A DNA stretch of 64,000 nt. It comes from a virus. Lineage: Duplodnaviria; Caudoviricetes. Positions 63,681-64,000 of the stretch are shown here, one piece after another. The notes beneath the pieces were generated by a model that was given only the letters and a program-made list of their open reading frames with translations, was not told where the DNA came from and did no database searches. The first letter of the stretch is position 1. Every line of letters starts with the position of its first letter. The stretch spans positions 14,752-78,751 of the IMG/VR virus record IMGVR_UViG_2596583600_000002. One strand, given 5' to 3'. A program made the translations under genes and the position numbers.

Positions 63681-64000
63681 GCCTTGCCTCCGATCATCTG
63701 GCGGATGGCGGTGGCGATGGTTTCGGAGCAATCAAGCCATCCCGTTTCGTCCTCGCCGTATTGCTCGCCAATCGATATGGCTTTGACGGCCGCCTCCTTC
63801 AGCGCCTCATCCCTGACACGCTGCGTTATCTCGGCTTCGAACTTGGCGAAGGCTTGGACGCGTGGACTGTCATCGCAGAGACCATTGCGGACATTGATCG
63901 CCAAGATCATGCTTTCGCGCTGCTCATCAGGGGCCAGCCTATCACGGTAGGCGTCAAGCATCGCAGCGGCCGCTTCCCGCGCCTCTTTACTCACGTTCAT
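63677..64000 (-). CDS. hypothetical phage protein (at window edge)
   Basis: VSKEAREAAA...D.SPRVQAFAKF resembles the N-terminus of 28932-29348. Confidence 0.6.
   Translation of the reverse strand: MNVSKEAREAAAAMLDAYRDRLAPDEQRESMILAINVRNGLCDDSPRVQAFAKFEAEITQRVRDEALKEAAVKAISIGEQYGEDETGWLDCSETIATAIRQMIGGKA

Larger units (their letters stand above)
26805..64000. mobile_element. integrated temperate podovirus-like prophage (left boundary approximate; right end beyond window)
   Basis: integrase, immunity, replication, terminase, P22-like portal, capsid, ejection proteins, fibres and lysis genes; no tape measure. Confidence 0.92.

Overview
GC-rich alphaproteobacterial DNA, most likely a sphingomonad (Sphingobium-like, inferred from the host genes). 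It consists of two unrelated prophages separated by about 2.6 kb of host sequence. (1) 1-24207 is the right part of a Mu-like transposable prophage with a non-contractile tail. It has leftward MuA/MuB/Ner genes, an S24 repressor, SOS-boxed accessory genes, protease/scaffold, capsid, a tail module with a -1 chaperone frameshift, and lysozyme plus Rz/Rz1. Its right end is made of 13-bp repeats followed by CA. No terminase or portal for this phage is in the window. (2) 24208-~26800 holds three host genes, including a PEP-CTERM/XrtA-type glycosyltransferase. (3) ~26800-64000 is an integrase-encoding podovirus-like prophage whose right end lies beyond the window. It carries Int/Xis, SSB/exonuclease, an immunity region, primase/helicase with iterons, terminases, a P22-like portal, an N4-gp56-like capsid, ejection proteins, tail fibres and a GH19 lysis cassette. 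The most notable unexplained signals are: five tandem H-type pseudoknot-like units that compete with an SD-sequestering hairpin in front of the capsid gene; a candidate +1 frameshift (SD, hairpin, UUU-CGG) fusing an ejection protein to a lytic transglycosylase; a LexA-boxed gene running antisense into a repressor that has no autocleavage domain; an AUU start codon; and a shared leaderless late-promoter motif in the Mu-like phage. All family assignments come from motif recognition by eye; no searches were run.
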